Shown piece after piece: positions 1 to 13,484 of a stretch of DNA of 64,000 bases (position 1 is its first letter; every line of letters starts with the position of its first letter). Origin of the DNA: Eledone cirrhosa (taxonomy: Eukaryota); contig OZ024749.1 of assembly GCA_964016885.1 (NCBI GenBank), positions 34,472,001 through 34,536,000 on the forward strand, read 5' to 3'. The notes beneath the pieces were generated by a model. That model saw nothing but the letters and a program-made list of their open reading frames with translations. It searched no databases and had not been told where the DNA came from. The position numbers and the translations under genes were made by a program.

Positions 1-238
1 ACTATCTGGCAGGTTTTTTACGGTTGGATGCCCTTCCTAACACCAACCACATTTACAGTGTGGAACTGGGAACTTTTTAGCGTGTTACCTACACGGCCAC
101 ATTACAGCGTGGACTGTGTGTTTTTTTTTTTTTGTCGTGACACCTACACGATCTCGATCTCATTTTCTCTTGCTGTTGGTGGGAGGATAGGATAGGATAG
201 GATAGGATAGGGGTAGTGGATTGGGGTGTATATTTGGT

Positions 239-284
<46 letters not shown>

Positions 285-385
285 ATATATCTTTTAACTT
301 GGTTTTTATGGCTCTAGATAAAGTCCATTGAGCTTACTTATTGAGAAATACAGTCTAAACATATGTTATGCTTAGATTTATCATT

Positions 386-438
<53 letters not shown>

Positions 439-755
439 GCTCAGGGCATATGTATATACGTGTGTGTGAGCGAGCAGGTAGGGGTGTGTGTGTATATATG
501 TATGTTTGTATATGTATTTACATGCATGTGTATGTATAGATATATATATATGCGTGTATGTACATATGTGTGTGTGTGTCTGTGTGTATATATTTGTGTA
601 TGCACATGTATGTGTGTGTGTATGTTGATGTATATAGGCATGTGGGTATGTGTCTGTGTGTGTGTACATGCCTCTCTGGATGTATGTATGCGTGTATTTA
701 TATGTTCTCCTTAAATATGTGTGTGTATAGCGTGCGACTATGCGTATGACTGTCA

Positions 756-788
<33 letters not shown>

Positions 789-810
789 CGTGCGTGCGTG
801 TGCGTGGATG

Positions 811-1115
811 TGTGAACAACCAATCACAGCAGTAATTTATTGAAGTGTAACAGACATGTGACAACTAACGCCCTGATGGTCAGCGGACTGGTACCTGTGG
901 TCAGAATTATGGTGACGTCGATAACCAGCGGCCAATCATAGGACACGCGAAGAGGATGACATTTTTGACGGTGCTGGCCCAGAGTATCAGATACCCCAGA
1001 GAGAGAATATGCTCCGAAATCATTAGACGTGTCCGTCGAACCTGCGGGTCCAGAATCAGACAGATCCACACAATGATCGCGTCTCAAGCTGTCCGCCAGG
1101 GAAACAATTGTAACA
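811..1115 (-). mobile_element. candidate solo LTR / CpG-rich insert
   Basis: The - strand runs TGTTAC...AATAAA...TTCACA. It is GC- and CpG-rich against an AT-rich background. No TSD seen. Confidence 0.35.
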
Positions 1116-1455
1116 CACAATAAATTGAGTTCAGATGCATCACTGATTTTTCGTTTTCTATTCTATATATATATATATATTATATAGAAATGACTTCTAC
1201 AGGACTAGAATAGTTTCATTCTAATGAAATCATCATGAAAATCCTGGTGACTTTCATGATGAATTCATACAAATGAAACAGTTTTAGTCTTGTAGAGATC
1301 ATTTCTATATAAAAATAAAAGTGCCTGTACTCTACTAACATAGTGAGTACCTTTTTTAAAATGTAGTCACTTCCCAATACCCATCGGGAATCCACCAATA
1401 ATTATATATGTCCCTCTTATACGCAATTGAGAGAGAAATAAACTATAGTGTGCGG

Positions 1456-1735
1456 GAGAGAAGACTGCATTATTATGGACATGTGATGTGCATGAAGGAT
1501 GACCACTGAGTAAAGAAGTTCCAAGAAATCCCAGTGGAAGGAAGACGCAGTAGAGGAAGACCACGAAAATCATGGGTGGAGGTGGTGAGAGCTGACCTCA
1601 AATCACTGAAGCTCACAGAGGAAATGACGAAGGACTGTGATGAATGGAGAAATGCTGTGCTGCAAAGGACCCATCCCACCCTTGCAAGCAAGGAAAAGTG
1701 GACATAATATCATGATGATGATGATGATGATGATA
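1456..1735 (+). mobile_element. RTE-clade LINE 3' fragment
   Basis: Encodes YGHVM...VEGRRSRGRPRKSWVEVVRADLKSL...EWRNAV, followed by a (GAT)n tail. Confidence 0.8.
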
Positions 1736-3471
1736 CTGTATGTGATTCAGTGAATTACTGGTTGATTAAGTTCAGGAAATAAGATATAGATTTTAATTCT
1801 TAACATCTTGTAATGATTTAGTAGAAAATATTTAAAAACAGATTTGTTAATTGAAATATTTATTTATAACTTTACTAGTGGACAAATTGTTGTGAATATT
1901 TGCATTAAACTAAAGAGTTTAAATTTTTAATGTGATTCAGTCATAGTCTTGTCTTGTACTTTCAAGGTTGATAAAAAAAAGGTACCAGTCCAGTGCTGCA
2001 GTCGATTCTTCCTCTATATTTCTTTTCACTTCCTCTCTATTTCCTTCTTTCCTTCTCTTGGATGTGTTACCATCTGGAGAGGAGATGGGCTCCACCTGGT
2101 TTAAAAACAAATGCCCAAGACATGTTGTATGTCACTAAGACACCCTTGTGACTCAACCAGGTCTTACAGATCCATGCATACAATTTTCCTATAAATACCA
2201 TGGCTTAGTGGTTAGAGAATTGGATTCACATTGAGTTCGATTCCTGGATTCACATTGCGAGTTCAATTCCTGGACTAAGTGATGCAGTGTCTTTGAGCAA
2301 GACACTTTATTTCACATTGCACTTTCTGCCAGGGGTTGTAATCAGTAGATAGTTTCAGCAATGGAAAAACCAATGGAAACATCGTTTCATTGGTCAAGTT
2401 TGATGAATTCCACTCCACTCAGTAAGCAAATGAGGTCTCAGATCTCATGCATTTATTCGGTGCAGTATTTTTGGTCAGTTTCTACGAATGGGAATGTAAA
2501 AGCAAATTTAATATTCTTATATATTTAGTATTTTAATTATATAACTAATATTTTTTATTATACATTATTATAAACTTCAATTAAAACATTTGAAAATATA
2601 TTTTTCTAATTTTTATATTTTATATCAGTTCTTAAGTTTTCACTTCCAGTTAGAGCTATTAATTTCCTATGATTTTCTTATATTTCTACTGTTTTTTTTT
2701 GTTTTTTTTTTAATATATAATAGAATATTTATTAGAATTTAAAAAAACATGAAATGTGATATATGTGTGTGTGTGCATGTGTAATGACAATATCCAATGT
2801 AAATAAATATATTGAACATATAGTGTATGTGTAAACACACACACATGTAACAAAGTGCTGGGAGGATCCCCCAGTCATGTCAAGGACTTGCCAGCCTCCC
2901 TAGTGTCAGTAATTTACACAATAGACGCACCTAGTGCATGCTGTAGAGTGATAGGAAGGGCATCTTGTCGAACTTGTCAAACAAAGGTCTTGGAGGACTC
3001 TCAGTTGTGTTAAAGACATGACAACCTCTCCTGTGTACTCGGCAGAATGTAAGACCATACATAAGCGAGATGCACATCCATATCTTATCCATAGAGATCA
3101 GTAGCCCTGCTTCAGTAGTGACTTGGTCTGCATAGACCCATCTAACCCTTGCTAGCAAGGAAAATGGACATTAAAATGGTGATGATATATATATATATAT
3201 ATATATCACCATCATCTTTACCATTTAATGACCATTTTCCATGCTAGCATAGGTTAGACAAGTTGTCCTGTTGTGAGACAAGCCAGATCAGATGACCGTG
3301 TCTTGCCCATACAGGACTGATTTTCGATTTGTTTCTACAGTTGGATGCCCTTCCTAATGCCAACCACATCTATTGTGTGAACAGGGATCTTCTTGTACAC
3401 ACACACATCCAGGGAGTGTAACTTGGAGTTACTGTAGGTTCACCTGGGTGAGCACTCGTCCTTATTTTATT

Positions 3472-3502
<31 letters not shown>

Positions 3503-3504
3503 TA

Positions 3505-3920
3505 TGAAAACCTTTTAATGGGCTAGTGTTGTTTAGCTTGATGTCTATTCGTATGGAAAATGTGAACACGCAGATAGATTGAGATAAAATAATTTTGTCG
3601 AGTTTTTTGAAGGTGAGATGTTGTAGAGATGACATAGGGAAGGAGAGTCAGGTGAATTGAATGGGTGTGGCTGTTAGATGGATATATCGCTTGCTAGTTC
3701 AGTGGAGTTGGAACTATTATAACGTTGATAAAAGAAATAGAAGGAAAGAAGATAGATTGTGGAAAGATATCTGTGATTAGTTCGAAAATAGAAAGCTTAT
3801 CTTTATTACTTGAATTTCAAACAATTTTTCTTGATTACACCTGATATGCTAACATAACCATGAAGATACACTTATTATGTACGCTTCCACCCAAACCAGT
3901 GAATACCTTTTAATCTTGTT
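3505..3920 (-). mobile_element. decayed Penelope-like ORF end (GIY-YIG region)
   Basis: The - strand reads ...FHN..SF...NSTELAS..I...PF.. with stops and frameshifts, resembling the PLE HxxSF...NSTELSxYIW motif. Abuts (TA)n. Confidence 0.4.
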
Positions 3921-5073
3921 TATATAATAAATAATATGACTTAAGTAATTTGTTATTTACAATATATGTAAGCAATATGCAAGCCCCTGGCCCATCTGAG
4001 CTCATGGTTCAGTGTGGGGACGTATGTAAGCAAGATGCAAATCCCCTGCCAGTATGCCAGTGTATTAAGTCAGTAGCTCTGTTTGAAGACTGACTTGGTC
4101 TGTGATGACCCATCCAGCTCTTGTTAGGGAAAATGGACATTAAATAATGATGGTGAAGACAACGATGGTGATCATTTGGACCTTATCAATAAAGTGGGAT
4201 TCAACCAAAGCCTTTAACAATTCAACTACTGGTTTTCTGATGATACCCTATCAATCCCAACGTCCTTAATAACACACCTACTACCCCCCTGACATCCTGT
4301 CAACCTCAAGTCCTTAACAACATACCTACTGCCTCCCTGTCAACCCCCAAGTCCTTAACAACACACCTACTGCCTTGCTGATACCCTGTCAACCCCAAAG
4401 TCCTTGACAACACACCTACTGTCCCTCATGGTTTACCCATAATTGGGCCTCATTACAGGCTACTACATACTAAGAGCAAGGGTTTTAACCACCTCCACCA
4501 CTGTGACAACAACACCTGCATGATTACCATCATAGAAAGGAAAGGATGCTTTCATACCTCATACACCATACCATGTTACCTACTTTCCAAACAGCAATAG
4601 ACCCTTTTTTTGATCCCTTGCCAAGTGGGTCTCTACTAAATTTTCTGGAATCTTCCTACTACCCCTTTACCCATTAAGGCAGCCAGTACGGTTGATTCTA
4701 AAGCTAATGCCTCTTTATTCTCTCTCTCTCTCTCTCTCTTCCTCTATGTTTCTTTCCCCCCTCTCTCACTCTTTCTCTCTTTCTTCATCTATGTTTCTCT
4801 CTTTCTCTCTTTTCCTTCCTCTTTCTCATTCTCTCACTTCCTCTGTTTCCCTCCATCCCCTCTGTCTCCTAATCTCTTCCCCTCTCTACCCCCTCTATTT
4901 CAGTCCCTATATCCCAATCTTTGGAAATATTCCACAGTATGTATCACCCCAAAGCTCCCTCACTCTGCCAACAACCAAAACATTTCTCCCACTTCCAACA
5001 TCTCAAAAGTGACTTATTATTAATGATTCCTAATTTTGGGACAAGATACTGGAGTGGGGGTTGGAAAAGAAAG

Positions 5074-5305
5074 AAGAACTTTACCAATTTCTAGCCATAT
5101 AAAAGAACTTTACCAATTTCTAGCAATATAAAAGAACTTTACCAATTTCTAGCCATACAAAAGAACTTTACCAATTTCTAGCCATACAAAAGAACTTTAC
5201 CAATTTCTAGCCATATAAAAGAACTTTACCAATTTCTAGCTACACTAAAGAACTTTACCAATTTCTAGCTACACTAAAGAACTTTACCAATTTCTAGCCA
5301 TACAA
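5074..5305. repeat. 29-bp minisatellite, ~8 copies
   Basis: Repeated unit aagaactttaccaatttctagccatataa. Confidence 0.9.
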
Positions 5306-7942
5306 AGGAACTAGTCATATACATTTCATAAATTAGGTTTTACAGATTGCCACAGCTTTAAATATAGAAGAATGTCTTTTGGTTATTTTTATTGTATTAC
5401 CTTCTTTCACATGCATTCTTGTTTATTTAAACTCTGTCTTGTTTCAACACCACAAACTCCAATGTTCCAGACAAACAGTTTGTTTATCAAACTATTTCTT
5501 GTTCAGACATTTTAAATAATTTACTCACAGCAAACTTTAACTATTTTCAGTATTCACACAGTTTGTTTATTCTACATTATCATACATTTAACTGATGGTA
5601 CGCGTTTTTTGTTTGGTTCTGCCATATATTTATTATGATATGCTGTACTTCCCTTTAATATGCATTATTTTCTATATCCAACAAGTTTAACTCTTAACGT
5701 CCTGTACTGTATGAAACCGCATTAGCAAGACATTCTTGAAAGATATAAAACAGTACTGTGACTAGTTTCTAAAGTCTGTCTTAAGCCAGAAAGGCTCGTT
5801 AGGCCAGTGCTTATCCTGGTTTCATGGCGTGAAGTGACTTAGAATACAAGACTCCCTCCTGGAGAGGACACCAGTCCATCACAGGGTTAAACCCCCAGCT
5901 ATTGCTGGTACTCATTTTCAGCTGAGTATACTGGAGCAACGTCAAATGAAGAGTTTTGCTCAAGAACACAACACACAACCCAGTCCAGGAATCAAACCCA
6001 CGACATAATGATTGTAACTCCAACACCCTTACCACTAGGCCACATGCCTCCACATGCACTGTGTCTGCATTAAACTAAATATTCTAATATTGCAATTTTT
6101 CACCATGATCTGTCCACTTGTAAAGATACTATAAATATTTTAATTAACACTCTGTAAAGTGATAGTATTGGTATCACGATAAACACCGAGCCCACACTGT
6201 ACAGTTGTACTGCTGGTGTTATGATAAAATACATCCAGTCCACTTTGTAAAGTGGTAGTGGTAGTATCATGATAAAATGCACCCAGCCCTCTCTGTAAAT
6301 TGGTAGTGCTGATATCATAATAAAATGCACTCAGCCCACTTTTTAAAGTGGTAGAGATGGTGCCACAAAACCCCCCCCCCAAAAAACCGCACCCTGTACA
6401 CTCTGTAACGTGATAGGCATTAGGAAAGCCATCCAGCCATAGAAACTATGCTAAATATGGATCATATGAGCAAGGTAAGGTCACTTCGACCCATCAGGTC
6501 TCTGACCGTGACAAACCATCCAATCCAAGCCAGTATGAAAAATGGACATAAGATGATGATGGTGATGATGATGATATGTGTACTCATATTCATTTTAAGT
6601 GTATTTGTTTTTGTATGTCATTGACCTTTAGGAGTGGTATATGTTCTCTTGATTATGGGGCATAGGCCATTGTTTTGAATGGTTTTTAGTTAATTTATTT
6701 TTTCCATGGTTTAGTCAGTAGGGAAGGACAATACCCATGACCCTCTTCAATACCTCCATGACTAGTGGAAGGAAAGAAGAGAGGGAGGTAAGCTCTCCAC
6801 AGATTGGCGATGTGATATGGTAGTTTGTAACAGAAAGACTGGAGTATTCAATATTGGGTAGGTTGTTTGCAAATCAGTGATATCTTCTTAATTAATTTTG
6901 ACCAAGTATTTCATGAGTACAAGTTCTAGAATATCTAATGATTCTTTTCCTCTCTTACTCATGCACACGCTCTTACACACACACACACACACATATATAT
7001 ATCCTCCTCATCATCATCATTTGACATCTGTTTTCCCTGCTACACACACACATAATGTGTGTACCGAATGAAATTTTAATTCCTGTATGTGAAGCACAAT
7101 GAAATTGTTGAGTGTAACATCTCATGATTTTACTGTCTCGTGTTAGAGTGGACTGGGTGTTTTTTTGGGGGTTTTTTTGTGGCATCAGCACTACTACTTT
7201 ATGATGTGGGCTGGATACAAGTTTATCATGGCACCAGTGCTATTATCATCTATAGAAATAAAAGAAATGGTTAAAGGAAATCTTAGGTAAAAAAAAAAAC
7301 AACAATAATAATAATAAAATTTATAAAATTTACATATATTTCAAGATACTCTTTTCAGTAACTAGGTAGACATTTATAAAACGAGATATAAATGATTAGC
7401 TTCTAAAAGATAGTAGCCTGTGCCTTTCATCATTTCAAGGTCAATAAATAAAGTAGCAGTCGCAGTACTGGGGTCAATTCTTCCTCTGTATCTCTTTCTC
7501 ACTTCCTCTCTATCACTCTCTCTTTCTCTGGAAGAAATTTGCTGTGTTCAGATGTGATGAGGGGATGGGCGCCACCAGGTTTAAGAAATGGCCAAAAAAT
7601 GCCATATATCACTCCAACACACCTACAACTCCATAAGGAGTTCACACATATATAATTTTCTGATAGGAGAGATTCCTAATTTTTATACCTTCCTCTTTAA
7701 ATACAATATCAAAATAACGATTTCTTTATATAATAATGATTTCTACTTTAGGCACAAGGCCAGCAATTATCCCAGTACATTACTGGTACTTTATTTTATC
7801 AACCCCGTAAGGATGAAAGGCAAAGTTAACCTCGACGGGATTTGAACTCAGACTTCTTTATATAATAATGATTTCTTTATATAATAATGATTTCAAAATA
7901 ACAAAAACTATCACTAATAACCTCCATGTTCTTTCTTTACAG

Positions 7943-8176
7943 ATAATAGTAAACAAAACCAGATTGTACCAGCCACAAGCCTATCAAAAGATTTTGCATA
8001 CCTAATTGAGAAAAACAAACAACTAGAAATGCAAGTATCAGCTCTTATGCAAGAATTAGAAAATCTTCGTGGTATGAAAAATGTTTCACATGCCCATCAA
8101 GCAGGATATGGAGAACTAAAACTTGATGTTATCCAAAAGTCTCAAGATTTAATCAGAGCCAAGGAAGCCTTACAAA
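7943..8176 (+). CDS. KAZN: kazrin, first visible coding exon (internal; 5' exons not found in window)
   Basis: tttacAG acceptor and GTAAGT donor. Encodes ...KSQDLIRAKEALQ, which matches the kazrin coiled coil as recalled. Phase 1/1. Confidence 0.85.
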
Positions 8177-9464
8177 GTAAGTGGTTAAAGAAATATTTTA
8201 CTGAAAGGAAGCACTACACAAAATATGTTCATGTCTACTTTCCGTAAATATATATATATATATATACACACGCACATACACACAAAAAAAAAACTACATA
8301 AAAAATTCACAAGTACACACATAGATACACACACACTTCCATCAACGATACACGAATCACACACAGAAAAAATAATATACATCCTCGAATTGCACTCCAT
8401 AAGAGTACCCATGACACACCTGGACTCTCCATTTCAATCCCTATTCCCACACACCAAACTACACGCCTACTCTCCTAACCCATCTTTTAAAACAAATGTT
8501 TTTTTCTCTCTTCAACCTTCCAACCTTCTCTCTCTCCAAAATTTGTTCTTTCCTGAAGAAGGACTTATGTCCAATATATTGAGACATTTCAATAGTAAAA
8601 TGATGGTTTTTACATTAAAATGGTTTGAGCTTGACCATTGTATATCATATCCTGTAATAATATATATATATCTATAATATATATATAGTGTGTGTGTGTG
8701 TTAACAGTTTGATTTTTGTCCTGCATTACCATTGGTTTCTTAGATATAAACCTATATGTCTAACTTGTCAGATGCACTAGGAAAAGTGATGGAAGGTAAA
8801 CATATAACCACCAAATAGACATCATTAGGAGCTTTCAAATCATTGCAAGCAAAGGGTTGAGAGGACTCTTCAGTTGTGTCAAGGACATGGCAACCTCCCT
8901 AGTGGTAGTGTAATGATAAAATGCATCTGGTATACTCTGTAAAGTTGTTGACATGATGAAGGACATCCAGCTATAAAAACCATGTCAAAAGCAGAATGTA
9001 GGGAAACACAATGTGTTTCCCTGACCCATCAGTGAGAGGAGAATAACTCCAATGAAGTAATGATTTGGTCCATGATGACCTGTCCAACCCATACCAGCAT
9101 GGAAAAGCAAACATTAAATGATGGTGTTTTCAAAGATTGGGATAGATTCCTGAAAAGAGCAAAAGAAAGACTAAAGAATTGGGCAATGATCTCACTTGAA
9201 TTTAGTGAATCTGCGCACATAACATTAGAAGTTTGCTGATAAGTACTTTGTAGATTCCTATCAATATTAAATCTACTCAAGAGTGGCTAGAACATAAAAG
9301 CTTTATATATAACACATCCTGCATTTGTGGAAAATTTTATAAACCAGAACCTGGGAGCCTCTTAAATGTTAGAACAGAGAAATATCAGAATGCTTTAACC
9401 CTTTTGTTACTGTTTTTTTTTTTTTTTTTTTTTATCAAATACATTACAACCTTCCTAGTGGTGA

Positions 9465-9835
9465 TGCAATGATAAAATACACCCAGTCAACTTTGTAAAG
9501 TGGTAGTGGTAGTACCATGATAAAATGTACCCAGCCCACTTTGTAAAGTGATAGTGTTGGTGCCATGATAAAATACACCTAGTCCACTCTTTGATGTGGT
9601 AGTGTTGGTTTCATGATAAAATACACCCAGTCAACTTTGTAAAGTGATAGTGGTAGTACTATGATAAAATACACCCAGCCCACTTTGTAAAGTGATAGTG
9701 TTGGTGCCATGATTAAATACACCTAGTCCACTTTTTGATGTGGTAGTGCTGGTTTCATGATAAAAGACACCCAGTCAACTTTGTAAAGTGGTAGTGTTGG
9801 TGACATGATAAAATGTACCTGGTACACTCTGTAAA
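9465..9835. repeat. 48-bp tandem array within SINE family B
   Basis: Repeated unit gataaaatacacccagtcaactttgtaaagtggtagtg..., ~8 copies. Confidence 0.85.
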
Positions 9836-10694
9836 TGATGATGTTGATAATGATGTCATGGCCTACATGTGTATGAATTAATTTTGAAAACTTGGAGGGA
9901 TTTAATAAAATAACCAACTCTTTCATTAGTAACTTGATATTTGGAACATTACTTCACACAAATATGTTAAATAAAAATATGATGAAAGCTTTTAATATAA
10001 ATATGAACACTTTGAAGTGGACAGTTTTGTATCATAAAACCAGGATGGGTTCAGACAGCTGGATGTGAAAAGGGTTAAATAGCTAAATCTTTTTAATATA
10101 ATTTCTGCATTTATTTGTATACATTCTTTGAAAAATATACATATTTATTTAATTCTCCAATACATATAAACTCTTTCTCTCTCTCTCCACACACACAACT
10201 TCTTATGTACACATATATAAACTTTTTCTCTCTCATTCCCTACATACTCTTTTACTCTATTACACTATTATGTGTTCCAGCTGACAGGCTGAGGCCATGC
10301 TGGGGCACTGCCATTGTACACATATACACCTTATTATGTACACATATATAAACACTTTCTCTCCAACCCCACACAAACTCCTTCTTATGTACTCTTTCTC
10401 TTTCACTCAAACAAATTCCTTCTTATGTATATACATATATATATATATATATATATCTACATGAGAGAAAAACCACAGACCATCTCAACTCTACTTTTGA
10501 AAAGCAGAAGAACTGCAAAACCAGTAAAGGAACCAAATAAATATATATATTTTTTTTAAATAAGACTCCAGTTGCATTTTCGATTTCATCTTTTTTTCTT
10601 TATACTTTCACTCGTGTAGGACACCCGGTTATTTTTCATTTTGTAAAAAAAACCTCACATTCTAATAATATATATATATATATATATATATTTA

Positions 10695-11075
10695 TAAGTA
10701 CAAAGCGAAACCTACAGTCAGTAGGCACCTCTAACAAAATACACCCCCGTCCCACTACCCCCACCCAATCCACACCACCCCCTTAAATGTGAAGTTATGT
10801 TGGTACCACAACATTCAGTCCGAAACAAATGAGGTCGTGTAGGTGTCATGACAAAAAAACACACAGTCCACGCTGTAATGTGGCCGTGTAGGTAACACGG
10901 TAAAAACCTCCCAGTCCACACTGTAAACGTGGTTGGTGTTAGGAAGGGCATCCAGCCATAGAAAACCCGCCAGACAGTCCTGAGCAAGACAACCAATCTT
11001 GCCTCAAGTGGGACAATTCCCGCCCAGACCCATGCTAGCGTGGAAAATGGACGTTAAACGATGATGATGATGATA
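10695..11075 (+). mobile_element. SINE family B with RTE-type 3' end
   Basis: Contains ggaagggcatccagcc...ccatgctagcgtggaaaatggacgttaaacgatgatg. Near-identical copies at 40110-40500 (-) and 1-150 (-); variants at ~2860, 6100, 8780, 42978, 50760, 52725 and 62512. Confidence 0.8.
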
Positions 11076-11981
11076 TATATAAACTCTTTCTCTCTCGCTC
11101 TGCATACTCCTTATGTAAACATATAAAAACTCTTACTCTCTCACTCCACACAAACTCCTTCTCATGTACATATATAAACTCTTTCACTCTCCACACATAC
11201 TCATTCTTTTATACACACACTCTCAACCAATCTATATTTATCACTTCTATCTATCTCTGTTTGTTTTTCTTTAAGGTTTATTTAAGTTCTTCTTGGTGAA
11301 GTTCAAGCCAGTTGCTAACAAAGTGACAATGCTTTTTTGTTTGAGTCAGTTCTAAAGATTTATGAAGGAATGTGTGTGTATGTGTGTGTGTGTGTTAAAA
11401 TATGCATTCATGTAAGACCAAGTGGTTAAGATGTTAGGTTTGCAATCATGGGGCTCCAAGTTCAACCCCTTCAGCTTGTATTTATCATAGTCTGAACAAC
11501 CCCATGTAACTAAAGGTGGACTAGGTGAAAAGTCTATAAATAATAACTGAAATGAACTGTCAGTAGACTGTGTATATGGAGTCTCATTGTAGGTATATCT
11601 CGTTGGTAGTTCGAAATTACGTCTGGTGAATAGTTTGGTTTTACCTTCGTTCGTACAGATACACTAACAGGTGTAACACTCCATTATCAGTATCGGTAGA
11701 GAGTCGGACGCCATGCTTTCCAGCATAGTTACGTCCCTTTACGGACTGAGTTCAAATCCCGCCGAGGGTAACTTTGCCTTTCATCCTTACGGGGTTGATA
11801 AAATAAAGTACCAGTAATACACTGGAGTAATTGCTGGCCTTGTGCCAAATGTAGAAACAATTATAACAAGGATCCATTTTATTAATGTTATTATTATATT
11901 GAATCTCCATCGTAACTACAAACTACAAATGTTGAGAGCTTTCTCCTGCTTGCTCCTGTTTTTACCAAAACAATCTCTTTG

Positions 11982-12032
<51 letters not shown>

Positions 12033-12539
12033 CGTCTAACCCATGCTAGCGTGGAAGATGGATGTTAAACGATGATGATGATGATATATATATATATATA
12101 TATATATAGCTTTCCAAAATGTTATGTATTTATATATAACTGCTGTGTTCAGATGTGTTGAGGGGATGGGCTCCATTGGGCTTGTCAAATTAGGTGTTCA
12201 AATGAGTAAGAGTAGGAAGGAGGAGCAGTGGTGAGAGGGAGAGGGAGTGAAAAAAATGTGTAGAAGACAGGGCTGCATTGATTCCCACAGAGCCAAGCAT
12301 GAATTTCAAATGCTGCATCTGTAACAGGATTGGCTTTTGTCCACTTTTTCCTCTCTATAAGGGTAATTTCACCCAATTTTCTCAACTATTATTTATATGA
12401 TTGACTGTTATTACAGTTAATTTTCTGTATTTGGGATTCTCAGATTTTTAAATTTTAAATACTCCCAGCTCTTTGATAATTCATCAGGTTTGTTTAAATT
12501 TTTAATTTTATGTTTGATGAAATATTTTGTGAATTACAG

Positions 12540-12700
12540 GTCTAAAAGCAGATCGAAAACGTTTAAAAGCTGAAAAGTTGGAACTTCTAAATCAGATAAA
12601 AAAATTATATTGTACATTAGAAGAAAAAGAAACTGAACTACGTGACTTTCTTCGGAATTATGAACAACAGATAGCTGAAAATGATGAAAACATTCGGCAG
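12540..12700 (+). CDS. KAZN: kazrin coding exon (coiled coil)
   Basis: Encodes LKADRKRLKAEKLELLNQIKKLYCTLEEKETELRDFLRNYEQ, close to the kazrin KADRKRLK...LRDFIRNYEQ motif. AG/GT bounded, phase 1/0. Missing from the ORF track. Confidence 0.95.
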
Positions 12701-12725
12701 GTGAGGATTTTTAGGTTATAAATTA

Positions 12726-13040
12726 TGTAGATATTGTTATATTTGGGGAGGGTCATGTTGTCCTAATATTGCCAGAAAAAATAGTAAAATACACTCACTG
12801 TTTGGTTTGGATTTCGCTTCAGTATATTTTTATATTTCTATAAATAATTTAGCTGGCAATCAATGTTTATCATTGATTGACCAATAGTTAAAAATATAAA
12901 TATGAATATAGTTTCTCAAACTTCTTTCATCACACATATCTGTGACATCTTCAGTGATTATTGTAGATATTGTTATACTTTGGAAGGGTCATGCTGCCAA
13001 TAAAAACATATGCACCAGTTGAGTTTCACTTCAGTTTTAT
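12726..13040 (-). mobile_element. direct-tandem relic of the same family with degenerate hammerhead
   Basis: tgtagatattgttata...gggtcatg occurs at 12726 and 12962. CUGAAGA-U-GUCAC...GUGAU-GAAA lies on the - strand at ~12915-12958. Confidence 0.55.
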
Positions 13041-13119
13041 GTTTTTAGTCAGGTAATTAATCCATTCCTTGATTAGTATAGTAACCAAGGAATGGTTACA
13101 TTAACCTGACTAATAATTC

Positions 13120-13340
13120 TTTCTACTTTTCTCGCCCACTATCTATAATGGTCAACCCTTCTAAATTTTCTCACCCACTATCTATAATGGTTTAAATGTT
13201 CTCACCTTCTATCTATAGTGGTTAACTTTTCTAAATTTTCTCACCCATTATCTATAGTGGTTAACTTTTCTAAATTTTCTCACCCATTATCTATAGTGGT
13301 TAACTATCCTAAATTGTCTCAGCCATTATCTATAGTAATA
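13120..13340. repeat. ~39-bp degenerate minisatellite
   Basis: Repeated unit ttctaaattttctcacccattatctatagtggttaact. Confidence 0.75.
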
Positions 13341-13484
13341 AACTGTTATTTCGGTCATTTTCTGTGTTTGGGATGCTCACATTTTTGAATTTCAAACACT
13401 CTTAGAGCTTTGATAATTCATAAAATTCATATACTTATTATAGGTTATATATGTTGTGATGAATGGATAATTAACTTAAACTCT

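Noticed and set aside
355-864. YIYI/HTHT/CVCV ORFs (also ~36800, 37600, 46645 and 15687)
   Set aside because: Translations of dinucleotide microsatellites.
8550-8590. CTGAAGAAGGAC-ttat-GTCC hammerhead-like motif
   Set aside because: Stem II is not followed by GAAA and stems I and III were not found. At most a decayed relic.
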